Assembly (NCBI GenBank): GCA_040753435.1
Contig: JBFMEN010000029.1
Span: 8,173 to 72,172, forward strand
Length of the DNA stretch: 64,000 bases
Source of the DNA: Candidatus Omnitrophota bacterium
GTDB taxonomy: Bacteria > Omnitrophota > Gorgyraeia > Zapsychrales > JANLHA01
Direction: 5' to 3'
This document shows, piece after piece, positions 1 through 12,156 of this stretch. The number at the start of each line of letters is the position of its first letter. Positions within the stretch are counted from its first letter, which is position 1. The position numbers and the translations under genes are program-made. The notes beneath the pieces were generated by a model. That model worked only from the letters and a program-made list of their open reading frames with translations. It had not been told where the DNA came from and did no database searches.

Positions 1-345
1 ACCGACGCGTTTCCCGTCAGGGCTAATAAAAACAGCGGTGTTATAAACCTTGTTTTCCGAAGGAATTTTTTCATAAATCGATCCCAGCACAATAAACGTC
101 TTTGTTTCTTTGGCCACGCCCTCAAAAAGCCTGACAGTCGGGCCTTTGAGGGTTTCTGCGACTTTTTTTTGTATCGTCTCAAGCGGCGTTTTGCCCCGGA
201 AAGAAAAGCATTCAGGGAAAAGAATCAACCGTGCCCCCTGAGCGGCGGCCTCTCTTGCAAAATTCTCGGCCCGACAGAGATTTTTTTCTTTGTTTACCCC
301 TGCCTTCATTTGAATCAAGGCGATTTTTAGATTATTCACACCCAT
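1..345 (-). CDS. Carbon-nitrogen hydrolase (nitrilase superfamily) family protein, N-terminal part; CDS runs off the window edge
   Basis: Minus-strand translation from the ATG at 345-343 gives MGVNNLKIALIQMKAGVNKEKNLCRAENFAREAAAQGARLILFPECFSF... The KIALIQ and LILFPE motifs mark the N-terminus of C-N hydrolases. The ORF is absent from the track because it is truncated at the window edge. Confidence 0.5.
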   Translation of the reverse strand, partial: MGVNNLKIALIQMKAGVNKEKNLCRAENFAREAAAQGARLILFPECFSFRGKTPLETIQKKVAETLKGPTVRLFEGVAKETKTFIVLGSIYEKIPSENKVYNTAVFISPDGKRVG

Positions 346-392
346 CGCATATCCTGTGGAAAACTTTTCTAAGAAAAATTTCCCTTAACAGC

Positions 393-426
393 CTTTTATA
401 CTAAAAAAGCCCGTCACAAGACGGGC
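393..426 (-). terminator. Rho-independent terminator candidate downstream of gyrA and tRNA-Glu on the minus strand
   Basis: GC hairpin gcccgtc-acaa-gacgggc at 409-426. On the minus strand it is followed by a T-run (the complement of the A-run at 403-408). Confidence 0.45.
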
Positions 427-453
427 CTTAATGTAAACTATAATTTTATAAAA

Positions 454-527
454 CGACCCCAGCGGGATTTGAACCCGCGTTGCAAGAATGAAAATCTTGA
501 GTCCTGACCAGGCTAGACGATGAGGTC
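454..527 (-). tRNA. tRNA-Glu (anticodon UUC)
   Basis: The reverse complement folds as a cloverleaf. Acceptor GACCUCA/UGGGGUC has one G-U pair. The D-arm UCGUCUAGCCUGGUCAGGAC is typical of tRNA-Glu. Anticodon stem CAAGA/UCUUG carries loop UUUUCAU, giving UUC. T-arm is GCGGG-UUCAAAU-CCCGC with discriminator G. No CCA is encoded. Confidence 0.8.
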
Positions 528-637
528 AATATTCCTAAAAACTTGTTTTTTTCCTGGTTAATCCTTCTTTTAACAAAAAAGGTTTTGCTATTATAATAAA
601 TATTCACCACAGGTCAAGATGTTTTTAGGCGGTCGTT

Positions 638-3106
638 TTAGATATTCCCGTACGCCAGGCTGCTTGAACTGACCGCATTGGCCACAGAAGTAACCTTGTC
701 TGTTTTGTTTAGAGAAATCAATCTGACTCCCTGCGTACTTCTTCCACAAAGCCTGATATCTTTAACGGGACACCTTACAACCATTCCTTCCTGGGTAATG
801 ACCATAATCTCGTCATCTTCGTGAACGGTTGAAATGCCGACAACCATTCCGTTTTTCTCTGTTGTCTTTAAATTAATAATGCCCTTCCCTCCTCGAGACT
901 GAACACGGTAGTCATCAAAAGATGATCTCTTGGCATAGCCTAAGGAAGACGTGGTTAACAGAGTTGCTCCTGTCTTGCTGATATCAGTTGGAAAAACCTG
1001 CATCCCAACCACAACATCCCCTTTCGCAAGATTAATTCCCCTCACGCCTTTAGCCCCCCGGCCCATGACCCTTAGATTCTTTTCCGGAAAACGCAGGGAT
1101 TTTCCCTGCCGGGTAGCAAGCAATATTTCATGTTTGCCATTACTGATGGCCGTTCCAATCAAATGGTCCCCTGTTTCCAAAGAAACCGCGATAATACCGG
1201 CCTTCCGGGGATTGCTGAAAGCGGACAGTTCTGTTTTCTTGATCGTTCCTTGCGCTGTTGCCATGACAACATATTGATCTTCAGGGAACGATTGCACGGC
1301 TAAAATGGAAGTGAGCTTTTCCTGGCCCTCCAAAGACAATAAATTCACAATGGCTTTCCCTTTGGCGCCCCGCGATGCGATCGGGATCTCGTAAACCTTC
1401 AGCCAATACACCCTCCCCTGATCGGTAAAAATCAACAGATAGTCTTTTGACGACGCCACGAATAAATGCTGAACGAAGTCTTCTTCCTTGATTTTCATGG
1501 CGCTAACGCCTTTTCCTCCCCGCTTCTGTTTTCGATATGCGCTAACCGCAAGCCTTTTGATATAGCCGGTGTTGCTAATGGTAATCGCCATATCTTCTTC
1601 TACAATCAAGTCCTCCACTTCAATCTCATCGGCTTTCCCTGCGATTTCGGTTCGGCGTTCATCGCCATACTTGCTTTTAATCAGGTTCAGCTCTTCTTTA
1701 ATCAAATCATCGACCATTTTAGGAGTCGACAAAATAGCGCGGTATTTTTTGATCTCTTCCTGAAGGGCTTTGTATTCCTCCTCGATCTTGGAACGCTCCA
1801 AAGCTGTTAACCGCTGAAGCTGCATTTCAAGGATCGCCTGGGACTGCATTTCCGTTAACTTAAACTTTTTCATCAAATTGGTTTTGGCTTCTACAGCGCT
1901 TTTGGAGCCGCGGATGGTTTTGATAATTTCATCGATTGCATCTATGGCAATCCTCAATCCTTCCAAAATATGCGCTCGCTTTAACGCCCGATCCAAATCA
2001 AACTGCGTTCTGCGCCTGATCACTTCCCGCCGATGCTGAACATATTCATCAATGAGCTGTTTTAACGAAAGGACTCTGGGTGCGTTGTGGACCAATGCGA
2101 GGTTGATAATCCCGAACGTGGTCTCCATCTGGGTATGCTTATACAACTGGTTTAAAACCACTTCGGGCTGAACATCGCGTCGCAGTTCAATCACAACACG
2201 AATGCCGTCTTTGTCAGACTCATCACGAAGATCGACTATCCCGTCGATGGTTTTATTTTGAACCAGGCCGGCAATGCTGGTGATTAAATTTGCCTTGTTC
2301 ACCTGATACGGGATCTCGGTGATAACGATCATGTCTTTGTTGTTTTTTTGCCGTTCAATAGAAGCCCTCGCGCGAAGAAGGATCTTTCCCCGACCGGTTT
2401 CAAAAGCGTCCTTAATGCCCTCTCGTCCGCAAATAATCCCGCCGGTAGGAAAATCCGGACCTTTTATAAATTTCATCAGGTCCTTCACCGCCGCTTCAGG
2501 ATTATCAATAAAAAAAATAATGCCGTCGATAACCTCGGACAGGTTGTGCGGGGCCATGTTCGTTGCCATCCCAACGGCGATCCCGCTGGATCCATTCACG
2601 AGAAGATTGGGAAGCACTGCAGGCAGCACCCTTGGCTCCTGAAGCGTAGAATCAAAATTTGGGGCAAAATCAACGGTGCCTTTATCGATGTCGGCAAGCA
2701 TGAACGCGGAAACAGCTGAAAGCCTGGCTTCGGTATAACGCATCGCTGCGGCAGAATCTCCATCGATGGATCCAAAATTTCCCTGTCCTTCGATTAAAGG
2801 ATACCTCAATGAAAAATCCTGAACCATGCGGACCATGGTTTCATAAACCGCAGCATCCCCGTGAGGATGATATTTGCCAAGCACTTCACCGACGATACGT
2901 GCGCTTTTCTTATATGGCTTGGTATGATCCATATTAAGCTCGTTCATGGCAAACAAGATTCTTCGGTGAACGGGCTTCAGTCCATCCCTCACATCAGGAA
3001 GCGCTCGTCCAACAATGACGCTCATGGAGTACGCCAGGTAAGAATTTTTCATTTCGTCTTCAACCAAAACCGGAATGATCTTTTCTTTAATCGCAGAACT
3101 GTTCAT
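638..3106 (-). CDS. gyrA: DNA gyrase subunit A
   Basis: 822-aa ORF with the GyrA N-terminus: [32 protein letters not shown], the active-site Tyr region, and C-terminal beta-pinwheel repeats. Confidence 0.97.
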   Translation of the reverse strand: MNSSAIKEKIIPVLVEDEMKNSYLAYSMSVIVGRALPDVRDGLKPVHRRILFAMNELNMDHTKPYKKSARIVGEVLGKYHPHGDAAVYETMVRMVQDFSLRYPLIEGQGNFGSIDGDSAAAMRYTEARLSAVSAFMLADIDKGTVDFAPNFDSTLQEPRVLPAVLPNLLVNGSSGIAVGMATNMAPHNLSEVIDGIIFFIDNPEAAVKDLMKFIKGPDFPTGGIICGREGIKDAFETGRGKILLRARASIERQKNNKDMIVITEIPYQVNKANLITSIAGLVQNKTIDGIVDLRDESDKDGIRVVIELRRDVQPEVVLNQLYKHTQMETTFGIINLALVHNAPRVLSLKQLIDEYVQHRREVIRRRTQFDLDRALKRAHILEGLRIAIDAIDEIIKTIRGSKSAVEAKTNLMKKFKLTEMQSQAILEMQLQRLTALERSKIEEEYKALQEEIKKYRAILSTPKMVDDLIKEELNLIKSKYGDERRTEIAGKADEIEVEDLIVEEDMAITISNTGYIKRLAVSAYRKQKRGGKGVSAMKIKEEDFVQHLFVASSKDYLLIFTDQGRVYWLKVYEIPIASRGAKGKAIVNLLSLEGQEKLTSILAVQSFPEDQYVVMATAQGTIKKTELSAFSNPRKAGIIAVSLETGDHLIGTAISNGKHEILLATRQGKSLRFPEKNLRVMGRGAKGVRGINLAKGDVVVGMQVFPTDISKTGATLLTTSSLGYAKRSSFDDYRVQSRGGKGIINLKTTEKNGMVVGISTVHEDDEIMVITQEGMVVRCPVKDIRLCGRSTQGVRLISLNKTDKVTSVANAVSSSSLAYGNI

Positions 3107-3169
3107 AAATCCAATCGCCTTTCACATTAATCATTGTGTATAAACCGCCCGGGCCTATACACCAAAATA

Positions 3170-5895
<2,726 letters not shown>

Positions 5896-5917
5896 CTCAA
5901 TCTTTTTTTTCTTTTTG

Positions 5918-7006
5918 TTAGATCCTCATCGGAAGCGCAAGATATAAATAATCCGTAAGCCTGATGACACCCGCTTTATCCGGCCCAAACAATTCCAGGG
6001 CAACGAACTCATCGTTGATGTTTTTCAATACATCAATCATAAACTGCGGATTAAATCCAACTACGATTTCTTTCCCGGTGTATTCAATGGGAACTTCTTC
6101 CCTGGATTCTCCGATATTCGGCGTTGATTTTGAAACAACCAGTTTATCGACAAAGACCTCAAATTTGATTGCCTGAAAATCGGGGGTTGCCAAAAGATTG
6201 GCTCTTTTGATGGCGCTTAAAAAATCCTGGGTGTTTATTTTTATCTTTGGCACGCTTGATTTCGGAATAACCTGATTATAATTAGGAAACTCCCCTTCAA
6301 TAATTCTAGTAGCAATCAACACCCCCTGGATATCAAATAAAACCTGATTCATTCCTTTAATAATGGAAATGTTTCCTTCTTCTTTCAGATTCCGATAAAT
6401 TTCCTGAATGGCTTTAATTGGAATAATAACAGATGTATCGTTTTTGGATGGTTCAATAAGACTTTTTTCAACTTTTGCAAGCCTGCGGCCATCTGTTGCC
6501 ACCATACGGATCATCTGTTCTTGAATTTCCAACAATATTCCATTAAGAATATATCTTGATTCTTCATGAGAAACAGCAAACTGGGTCAACCGTATCATTT
6601 CATGAAACTCTTTTTGTCCAATCGTTACCGCATCTTTGCTTTTAAAATCAGGGAATTTCGGAAATTCTTCTTTGGGTAATCCAATCAGCTTAAACCGGCA
6701 TTTTTTTCCTTCGATATCGATCTGGTTATTTTTTTTAACTGTAATAAAGATATCCCCAGACGGCATTTCTTTAACAATATCGCTAAACCGTTTAGCTGGA
6801 ATGGTTATGGCTCCTTCTTCAAGTGTTTCCACAGGTAATTCACAGGAAATACCGATATCAAGATCTGTGGTATTAAGCCTGACCATGTCATGCTTTGTTT
6901 CAATCAACATATTGGATAAAATCGGCAATGTAACTTTTGAGGATACTATATTTTGTACTGTCATAATACCTTGTAACAAGTGTTCTTTGGCGATTTTAAT
7001 TCTCAT
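5918..7006 (-). CDS. dnaN: DNA polymerase III beta sliding clamp
   Basis: 362-aa ORF. N-terminus MRIKIAKEHLLQGIMTVQNIVSSKVTLPILSNMLIE, three-domain length, and a location directly downstream of dnaA. Confidence 0.93.
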   Translation of the reverse strand: MRIKIAKEHLLQGIMTVQNIVSSKVTLPILSNMLIETKHDMVRLNTTDLDIGISCELPVETLEEGAITIPAKRFSDIVKEMPSGDIFITVKKNNQIDIEGKKCRFKLIGLPKEEFPKFPDFKSKDAVTIGQKEFHEMIRLTQFAVSHEESRYILNGILLEIQEQMIRMVATDGRRLAKVEKSLIEPSKNDTSVIIPIKAIQEIYRNLKEEGNISIIKGMNQVLFDIQGVLIATRIIEGEFPNYNQVIPKSSVPKIKINTQDFLSAIKRANLLATPDFQAIKFEVFVDKLVVSKSTPNIGESREEVPIEYTGKEIVVGFNPQFMIDVLKNINDEFVALELFGPDKAGVIRLTDYLYLALPMRI

Positions 7007-7082
7007 TATTAACTCCTGAATAGATTTAACAAGCGGGTTAATTATTATTTTAAGATCATGTAACAGTCGTATTAGTAAGACC

Positions 7083-7091
7083 TGGGGATAA
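7083..7091. promoter_or_regulatory. DnaA-box-like 9-mer (tggggataa, 1 mismatch to TGTGGATAA) in the AT-rich dnaA-dnaN intergenic region
   Basis: Read directly from the sequence. Sits in a 160-bp AT-rich spacer. Confidence 0.3.
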
Positions 7092-7170
7092 TGTGTATAG
7101 AATCAAAAACGGCTGAAAATAAATAAGATACGAAAAAAATTTTTGTTAATAAGGTGTTGCTTTTATTTGC

Positions 7171-8538
7171 TTATGTTTTAAGTCGTGTTAATAACGTGTT
7201 AATTTTGTTTTGAAGAGATGAATCCCCTTTCATCTCTTCTTCCATTTTTTTACATGAATGAAGGACAGTTGTATGATCTCTGCCCCCAAAAACAGCGCCG
7301 ATTTCCGGATAAGATAAATCCGTTAATTTTCTTGTTAAATAAATACAAACCTGTCTGGGAATAATAATGTTCCGGCTTCTTCGTTTTGATTTGATTTCTG
7401 TAATGGAAACATTAAAAAATTCAGCAACCTCTTTTTGAATCATATCAGTACTGATTGTTTTTACTGTTTCTTTAACCATATCTTTTAAAACGACCCGGGC
7501 AATATCCAGACACACCGGTTTTTCGTCTAATAAGGAATACGCAACAACTCTGATCAGCGCCCCCTCCAGCTCCCGGATATTGGTCTGAATTTGTTGGGCG
7601 ATAAACATGATAACTTCATCTGGAACCTCAACAGGTTCCCGCTCCAGTTTTTTCCTTAAGATGGCGACGCGGGTTTCAAAATCAGGAGGTTGTATATCAG
7701 CAATCAATCCCCATGCGAATCTTGAACTAAGGCGTTCTTCTAAATTAGCGATTTCTCTTGGGGGACGATCCGAAGAAACAATTATTTGTTTATGGTTGTT
7801 GTGGAGGGTATTAAAAGTATGAAAAAATTCTTCCTGGGTAGACTCTTTTCCAGCAATAAAATGAATATCATCGATCAAAAGGACGTCAATATTGCGATAC
7901 CTGTCTTTAAATTGAGAGGTTGACCGGTGTCGAATGGCATTAATAAGATCATTTGTAAAGGTTTCCGACGATAAATAAACACACGTCAACGCCGGATGTC
8001 TTTTTTTGATCTCATGAGCAATGGATTGCATCAAATGAGTTTTTCCCAAACCAACCTGGCTATATAAAAATAACGGATTGTAGGATTTTGCGGGAGAATC
8101 CGCAACGGCCTGACAGGCGGCAAAAGCGAACCGGTTTGACGGGCCGACAACAAAATTATCAAAGGAAAAACGCGAGTTTAAATTAAGTTTTGTTGTTTCC
8201 TGTTGTCTGGGTAAAGACGGAGATTCAGTTGTTGCTGGACGGACATCCGACGAGGTTTTGGGATTTGAAGGGATCAGAGCCGCAGAAACAACGATTTCAA
8301 CAGAAGGGTTTTCGGTAAATCGAGAGGCTATATCAATAATCGTTTTGTGATAATGTTCAAGGATCCAGTTTTTAAAAAACTCGTCGGGAGTTTCAAAAAT
8401 AAGGCCGCGAGCGTCTTCAGTTACCTGTAACGCAGAAAACCATGTTTCAAATGAAGATTGTCCGATAGCGGTTTTTAAAGGTTCTTTGACTGAGTCCCAA
8501 AGATAAGGATTTTGCATAATATTTTTTAGTTCCGGCAA
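7171..8538 (-). CDS. dnaA: Chromosomal replication initiator DnaA
   Basis: 455-aa ORF. AAA+ Walker A GLGKTHLMQSIAHEI, Walker B LLIDDIHF, and the C-terminal DNA-binding domain (IGAVFGGRDHTTVLHSCKKM). Confidence 0.96.
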   Translation of the reverse strand: MPELKNIMQNPYLWDSVKEPLKTAIGQSSFETWFSALQVTEDARGLIFETPDEFFKNWILEHYHKTIIDIASRFTENPSVEIVVSAALIPSNPKTSSDVRPATTESPSLPRQQETTKLNLNSRFSFDNFVVGPSNRFAFAACQAVADSPAKSYNPLFLYSQVGLGKTHLMQSIAHEIKKRHPALTCVYLSSETFTNDLINAIRHRSTSQFKDRYRNIDVLLIDDIHFIAGKESTQEEFFHTFNTLHNNHKQIIVSSDRPPREIANLEERLSSRFAWGLIADIQPPDFETRVAILRKKLEREPVEVPDEVIMFIAQQIQTNIRELEGALIRVVAYSLLDEKPVCLDIARVVLKDMVKETVKTISTDMIQKEVAEFFNVSITEIKSKRRSRNIIIPRQVCIYLTRKLTDLSYPEIGAVFGGRDHTTVLHSCKKMEEEMKGDSSLQNKINTLLTRLKT

Positions 8539-8872
8539 GCGTGGAAAACATGTCTATCGCAATGAATAAGGATTTTATTAACAGAGACAGATTATACAAA
8601 TCCTCAAAAAAAGAAAAAGAAAATCAAGATGACGGAATTAACAGGTTTTCCACAGCTGTGGATAAGTGTTAAAAAGATTGAAAAATTTTTATTCAGGGAA
8701 AAACTGTTTTATTATATCAAACAAAAGTGATAATGCAACCTTATTTTAACAACCCAAAATCCAGGGAAATCTTTAAAAAACGGCCGTAACTAGTTGAAAA
8801 ACAGTGTTTTTAACCCGTATTAAATTTTTAAAAACTTGACTATTAAAAGGCCTATGTTATAATTGCTGCATT
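8539..8872. promoter_or_regulatory. oriC-like AT-rich region between dnaA and rpmH. It carries a convergent DnaA-box pair ttttccaca-gc-tgtggataa at 8646-8666 and an AT-rich putative unwinding element at about 8670-8760.
   Basis: Perfect TGTGGATAA at 8658-8666 and a 1-mismatch box TTtTCCACA at 8646-8654. Long A/T tracts follow. The dnaA/rpmH location is canonical for oriC. Confidence 0.6.
8836..8863 (+). promoter_or_regulatory. Sigma-70-like promoter for rpmH (-35 TTGACT, 16-nt spacer, -10 TATAAT). The predicted transcription start is about 2-3 nt before the ATG, so the mRNA would be nearly leaderless.
   Basis: -35 at 8836-8841, -10 at 8858-8863, ATG at 8873. No Shine-Dalgarno sequence is visible. 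Confidence 0.55.
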
Positions 8873-9010
8873 ATGAAAAAACATCTTAAGACACCAACGA
8901 ACTTAAAAGGCAAAAGAACCCATGGTTTTCGTGCACGAATGTCCTCACAGGACGGACAGGACGTGCTTAAACGCAGACGCCAAAAGGGTAGAAAAGCGCT
9001 TTCTATATAA
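8873..9010 (+). CDS. rpmH: 50S ribosomal protein L34
   Basis: 45-aa [48 protein letters not shown]. It matches the L34 consensus (KR.RTHGFR.RM ... RR.KGRK.L). Absent from the track because it is under 60 aa. Confidence 0.85.
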   Translation: MKKHLKTPTNLKGKRTHGFRARMSSQDGQDVLKRRRQKGRKALSI

Positions 9011-9071
9011 TCGGGTCTGCCCGTGCTCCTTTTATGATTAATTATGAATGGCGAGGGAGCAGGGAGGGTTC

Positions 9072-9281
9072 ATGAAAGAGATCATCTGTTTTTTTATTAA
9101 AACTTACCAAAAGGCAGCCAGTCCTTTTCTTCCACGAACATGCCGGTTTTATCCTTCCTGTTCTTCCTATGCTCTTCAGGCTATTGAACGGTACGGTGTA
9201 TTAAAAGGCGGAGTTAAGTTATTATCCAGGATTTTCAGATGCCATCCTTTTTCTAAAGGCGGCTATGATCCCTTGAGATAG
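9072..9281 (+). CDS. yidD: Membrane protein insertion efficiency factor YidD
   Basis: CRFYPSCSSYALQAIERYGVLKGGVKLLSRIFRCHPFSKGGYDP is the YidD signature. The internal Met at 9072 gives the typical ~69 aa. The track ORF begins at 9048. Confidence 0.8.
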   Translation: MKEIICFFIKTYQKAASPFLPRTCRFYPSCSSYALQAIERYGVLKGGVKLLSRIFRCHPFSKGGYDPLR

Positions 9282-9291
9282 GATTCTTACA

Positions 9292-10884
9292 ATGGAAAAA
9301 AGAGTTATATTAGCAATTGTTTTATCTATGTCTATTTTATTTATATGGAATAGTATATTTCCTGCCCCCAAAAAACCAACAAAAGAGACCGAACCAGTTG
9401 CAAATAAAGAGGTTATAGAAAAACAGCGTTTGGCCCCGGCCAGTGTTGCCAAGCCGGTTGTGGAAAAAGAAGCAAAACCAGAAGAGACGGTTGTATTAAA
9501 AAATGAAAAGATAGAGGCTGTTTTTTCGACAAAAGACGGAATAATTAAAAAAATTAACATGGTTGATTATGATGCGGACTTACCGGTTGCTGGAATGTTT
9601 ACCTTAAAAGAATTCGGGGGGGGGGATTACAGTATTTCCAAAAAAACCGATACTGAAGTTGAATTTTCGGCAAATGTCGACGGAATTTTAATCCGCAAAA
9701 CATATCAACTTCCCGAAGGCGAATTTATTGTAAATGCAAAAATGGAAGCGGTTAATCAAAAAGGAGAGGCCGTTTCCTTGAATCCCGATATAAGCGGAAT
9801 GATTTTAGATATGGAAATGACGGAAGAATCGGCAGGGACAAGCCGGGACCGCAACCTGTTTGAATATTCTGCTTTTGTCGACGGAAAAGTCGTTCGTAAA
9901 ACAGGGGCTTTTGCATTTTCGGAAAAAGACTCAAAGCGAATTAATAAAAAAGTTGAGTGGCTGGGTTTCAGAAACCGTTATTTTGCTGCAATTATAAAAC
10001 CGCAGGACGAAGTTTCGGGATACGAATTTAAAACCGTCAGTAAACAAGAGCTTGAAATGGCGTTTTTAGTAGACGAAAAGGTTTTAAAACCCGGCGACAA
10101 CGCCGTTTTTTCTGCAGTTATATTCGCTGGCCCGCAAAAAGAGGATATTTTAACGGCATATAATATGGATTTTGAGAAAATTCATGTTTATTTTGGTATG
10201 GGTTTTTTTGATGCGATTGCCAAGATCATAGAAGATCTTATGAAGTTGTTTTATAAAATAATCCCAAATTGGGGCTTTTCCATTATTATTGTTAGTTTGC
10301 TTATTTATTTTTTGATGTATCCTTTGACCATGAAAAGCATGGTTTCCATGCGGAAAATGCAAAATTTACAGCCAAAAATCGCTGAAATACGCGAAAAATA
10401 TGAAAAAAACCCTCAAAAACTAAATCAAGAAATTATGAAGATTTACGGAGAGAATAAAATTAATCCGTTAGGGGGCTGTTTGCCGTTATTGTTTCAAATG
10501 CCCATTTTTATTGCTCTTTATCAAATGATTTGGCGTTCTGTTATTTTTAAGGGCGCAAGCTTTCTTTGGATTAAGGACCTTTCGATGCCGGATCGTCTTT
10601 TTGTTTTAGAGCAAAATTATCCCGTTATCGGAAATGAAATCAATTTACTTCCAATGGTTATATTGGCTTTAATGATTTTGCAGCAAAGAATGACGGCAAA
10701 AAATATGGTTTCAGCTGATCCCAATCAGATTGCCCAACAAAAAATGATGATGTTTGTTATGCCGGCGGTATTGCTTTTTGTTTTTTATCATTTAGGCAGC
10801 GGCCTGACGCTTTATTTAACCGTTTTTTATGTCATGTCATTATTTACACAATGGCAAGCATCTAAAATAATGAAAACAGTTTAA
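9292..10884 (+). CDS. yidC: Membrane protein insertase YidC
   Basis: 530 aa. N-terminal TM segment, periplasmic domain, and the conserved YidC/Oxa1 core (NPLGGCLPLLFQMPIFIALY). Confidence 0.92.
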   Translation: MEKRVILAIVLSMSILFIWNSIFPAPKKPTKETEPVANKEVIEKQRLAPASVAKPVVEKEAKPEETVVLKNEKIEAVFSTKDGIIKKINMVDYDADLPVAGMFTLKEFGGGDYSISKKTDTEVEFSANVDGILIRKTYQLPEGEFIVNAKMEAVNQKGEAVSLNPDISGMILDMEMTEESAGTSRDRNLFEYSAFVDGKVVRKTGAFAFSEKDSKRINKKVEWLGFRNRYFAAIIKPQDEVSGYEFKTVSKQELEMAFLVDEKVLKPGDNAVFSAVIFAGPQKEDILTAYNMDFEKIHVYFGMGFFDAIAKIIEDLMKLFYKIIPNWGFSIIIVSLLIYFLMYPLTMKSMVSMRKMQNLQPKIAEIREKYEKNPQKLNQEIMKIYGENKINPLGGCLPLLFQMPIFIALYQMIWRSVIFKGASFLWIKDLSMPDRLFVLEQNYPVIGNEINLLPMVILALMILQQRMTAKNMVSADPNQIAQQKMMMFVMPAVLLFVFYHLGSGLTLYLTVFYVMSLFTQWQASKIMKTV

Positions 10885-10885
10885 A

Positions 10886-11074
10886 ATGAACGAAAAAAAC
10901 GAACAAAAATGGAATTTTGAGGGTGTAACAGTAGAAGAAGCCATTCAAAATGCATTGAAAGAATTAAAATGCGACAGGGAAGATCTGCGGATTAAAGTTG
11001 TTAGCGAAGAAAAGAAGGGCCTTTTTGGAATGGAAGGGGCTGAGCCAGCCAAAATAGTCGTTTTTAAAAAGTAG
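10886..11074 (+). CDS. Jag/KhpB N-terminal-domain-only small protein (62 aa). The KH and R3H domains are absent.
   Basis: Position directly after yidC. Sequence MNEKNEQKWNFEGVTVEEAIQNALKELKCDREDLRIKVVSEEKKGLFG resembles the Jag_N domain. Confidence 0.5.
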   Translation: MNEKNEQKWNFEGVTVEEAIQNALKELKCDREDLRIKVVSEEKKGLFGMEGAEPAKIVVFKK

Positions 11075-11087
11075 TTTCACGTGAAAC
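11074..11087. promoter_or_regulatory. parS centromere site (GTTTCACGTGAAAC core, perfect palindrome)
   Basis: Matches the tGTTTCACGTGAAACa consensus. Lies 200 bp upstream of parA. Confidence 0.75.
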
Positions 11088-11118
11088 TGTTTGGACATTA
11101 AAAATGTCCAAACAGAAA

Positions 11119-11134
11119 GTGTTTCATGTGGAAC
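11119..11134. promoter_or_regulatory. Second parS-like site (TGTTTCATGTGGAACA, 2 mismatches)
   Basis: Read directly. It is accompanied by an 11-bp inverted repeat tgtttggacat/atgtccaaaca at 11088-11114. Confidence 0.5.
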
Positions 11135-11283
11135 ACGAAATGTCCAATCAAAAACTTCAAAAATTTATTTTCATAAATAATAATCGTGTTACAATATTAA
11201 AAAATTCAGTCCATGTTTTAAACGGATAAAGTTTATTTAAATTTAAAATGGACGCTTGGGGTATTGCATAAAAAGGAGGGGAC

Positions 11284-12138
11284 ATGTCAAAGGTTGTCTC
11301 TGTATGTAATCAAAAAGGCGGCACAGGGAAAACCACGACGGCGGTAAATTTGTCCTACGCGCTAGCTTCTCAAGGGAAGCAAATATTGTTAATTGATATA
11401 GATCCTCAAGGAAATGCGACGAGCGGCGTCGGAGTTAATAAAAACGTCCTTACCCAATCTGTTTATGACATGCTTTTAAATAAAGCGACGGCGGAAACAG
11501 TAGCGGTAAAAAATGTTTTTCCTAATCTTGATATCATTCCGTGCAATATTAATTTAACAGGCGCAGAAATTGAATTGGTCGGGGCTTTGTCCCGTGAGAC
11601 GCGCCTTAAACGGGCTATAGAAGAGTTCAAAAAAAACTATCATTACGTTATCATTGATTGCCCGCCGTCCTTAGGATTGCTTACGCTTAACGGCCTTGTC
11701 GCCAGCGAATCCATTATTATTCCCATACAATGTGAATTTTATGCTCTAGAAGGAGTCTCTCAGCTTTTAAACACGCTGAATTTGATAAAGGAAGGTCTTA
11801 ATCAAAATCTTTTTATTGAAGGCGTTTTGTTGACGATGGCGGATTATCGAACAAATTTGACTAATGAAGTTATTAATGAGATTAAGAGTTATTTTAAAGA
11901 AAAGGTTTATAAATCAGTAATCCCCAGAAATATCCGTTTAAGCGAGGCGCCCAGTTTTGGCAAGCCAATTCTGTGTTATGATCCCCTGTCTATTGGAGCA
12001 AAAAAATATGAGGAGCTTTCCATTGAATTTTTGGAAAGAAACGGAGAAAGTTGTAACATATTGAAAACAAAAGACTTAGAGCGTCAAGAGGCAACGGAAG
12101 AAAAAAATTCAGAAGGACCGGTTGAGGCTGTAGAATAA
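11284..12138 (+). CDS. parA: Chromosome partitioning ATPase ParA/Soj
   Basis: Deviant Walker A KGGTGKTTTAVNL. 284 aa. Confidence 0.92.
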   Translation: MSKVVSVCNQKGGTGKTTTAVNLSYALASQGKQILLIDIDPQGNATSGVGVNKNVLTQSVYDMLLNKATAETVAVKNVFPNLDIIPCNINLTGAEIELVGALSRETRLKRAIEEFKKNYHYVIIDCPPSLGLLTLNGLVASESIIIPIQCEFYALEGVSQLLNTLNLIKEGLNQNLFIEGVLLTMADYRTNLTNEVINEIKSYFKEKVYKSVIPRNIRLSEAPSFGKPILCYDPLSIGAKKYEELSIEFLERNGESCNILKTKDLERQEATEEKNSEGPVEAVE

Positions 12139-12156
12139 AAAGAAGGAGGAGTTTTA

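Noticed and set aside
951-2719. Plus-strand ORFs of 64-123 aa inside gyrA (and similar ones inside gyrB, dnaN, thrS, pheS and others)
   Set aside because: They are antisense or overlapping frames within strongly supported conserved genes. They show compositional artefacts and no supporting signals.
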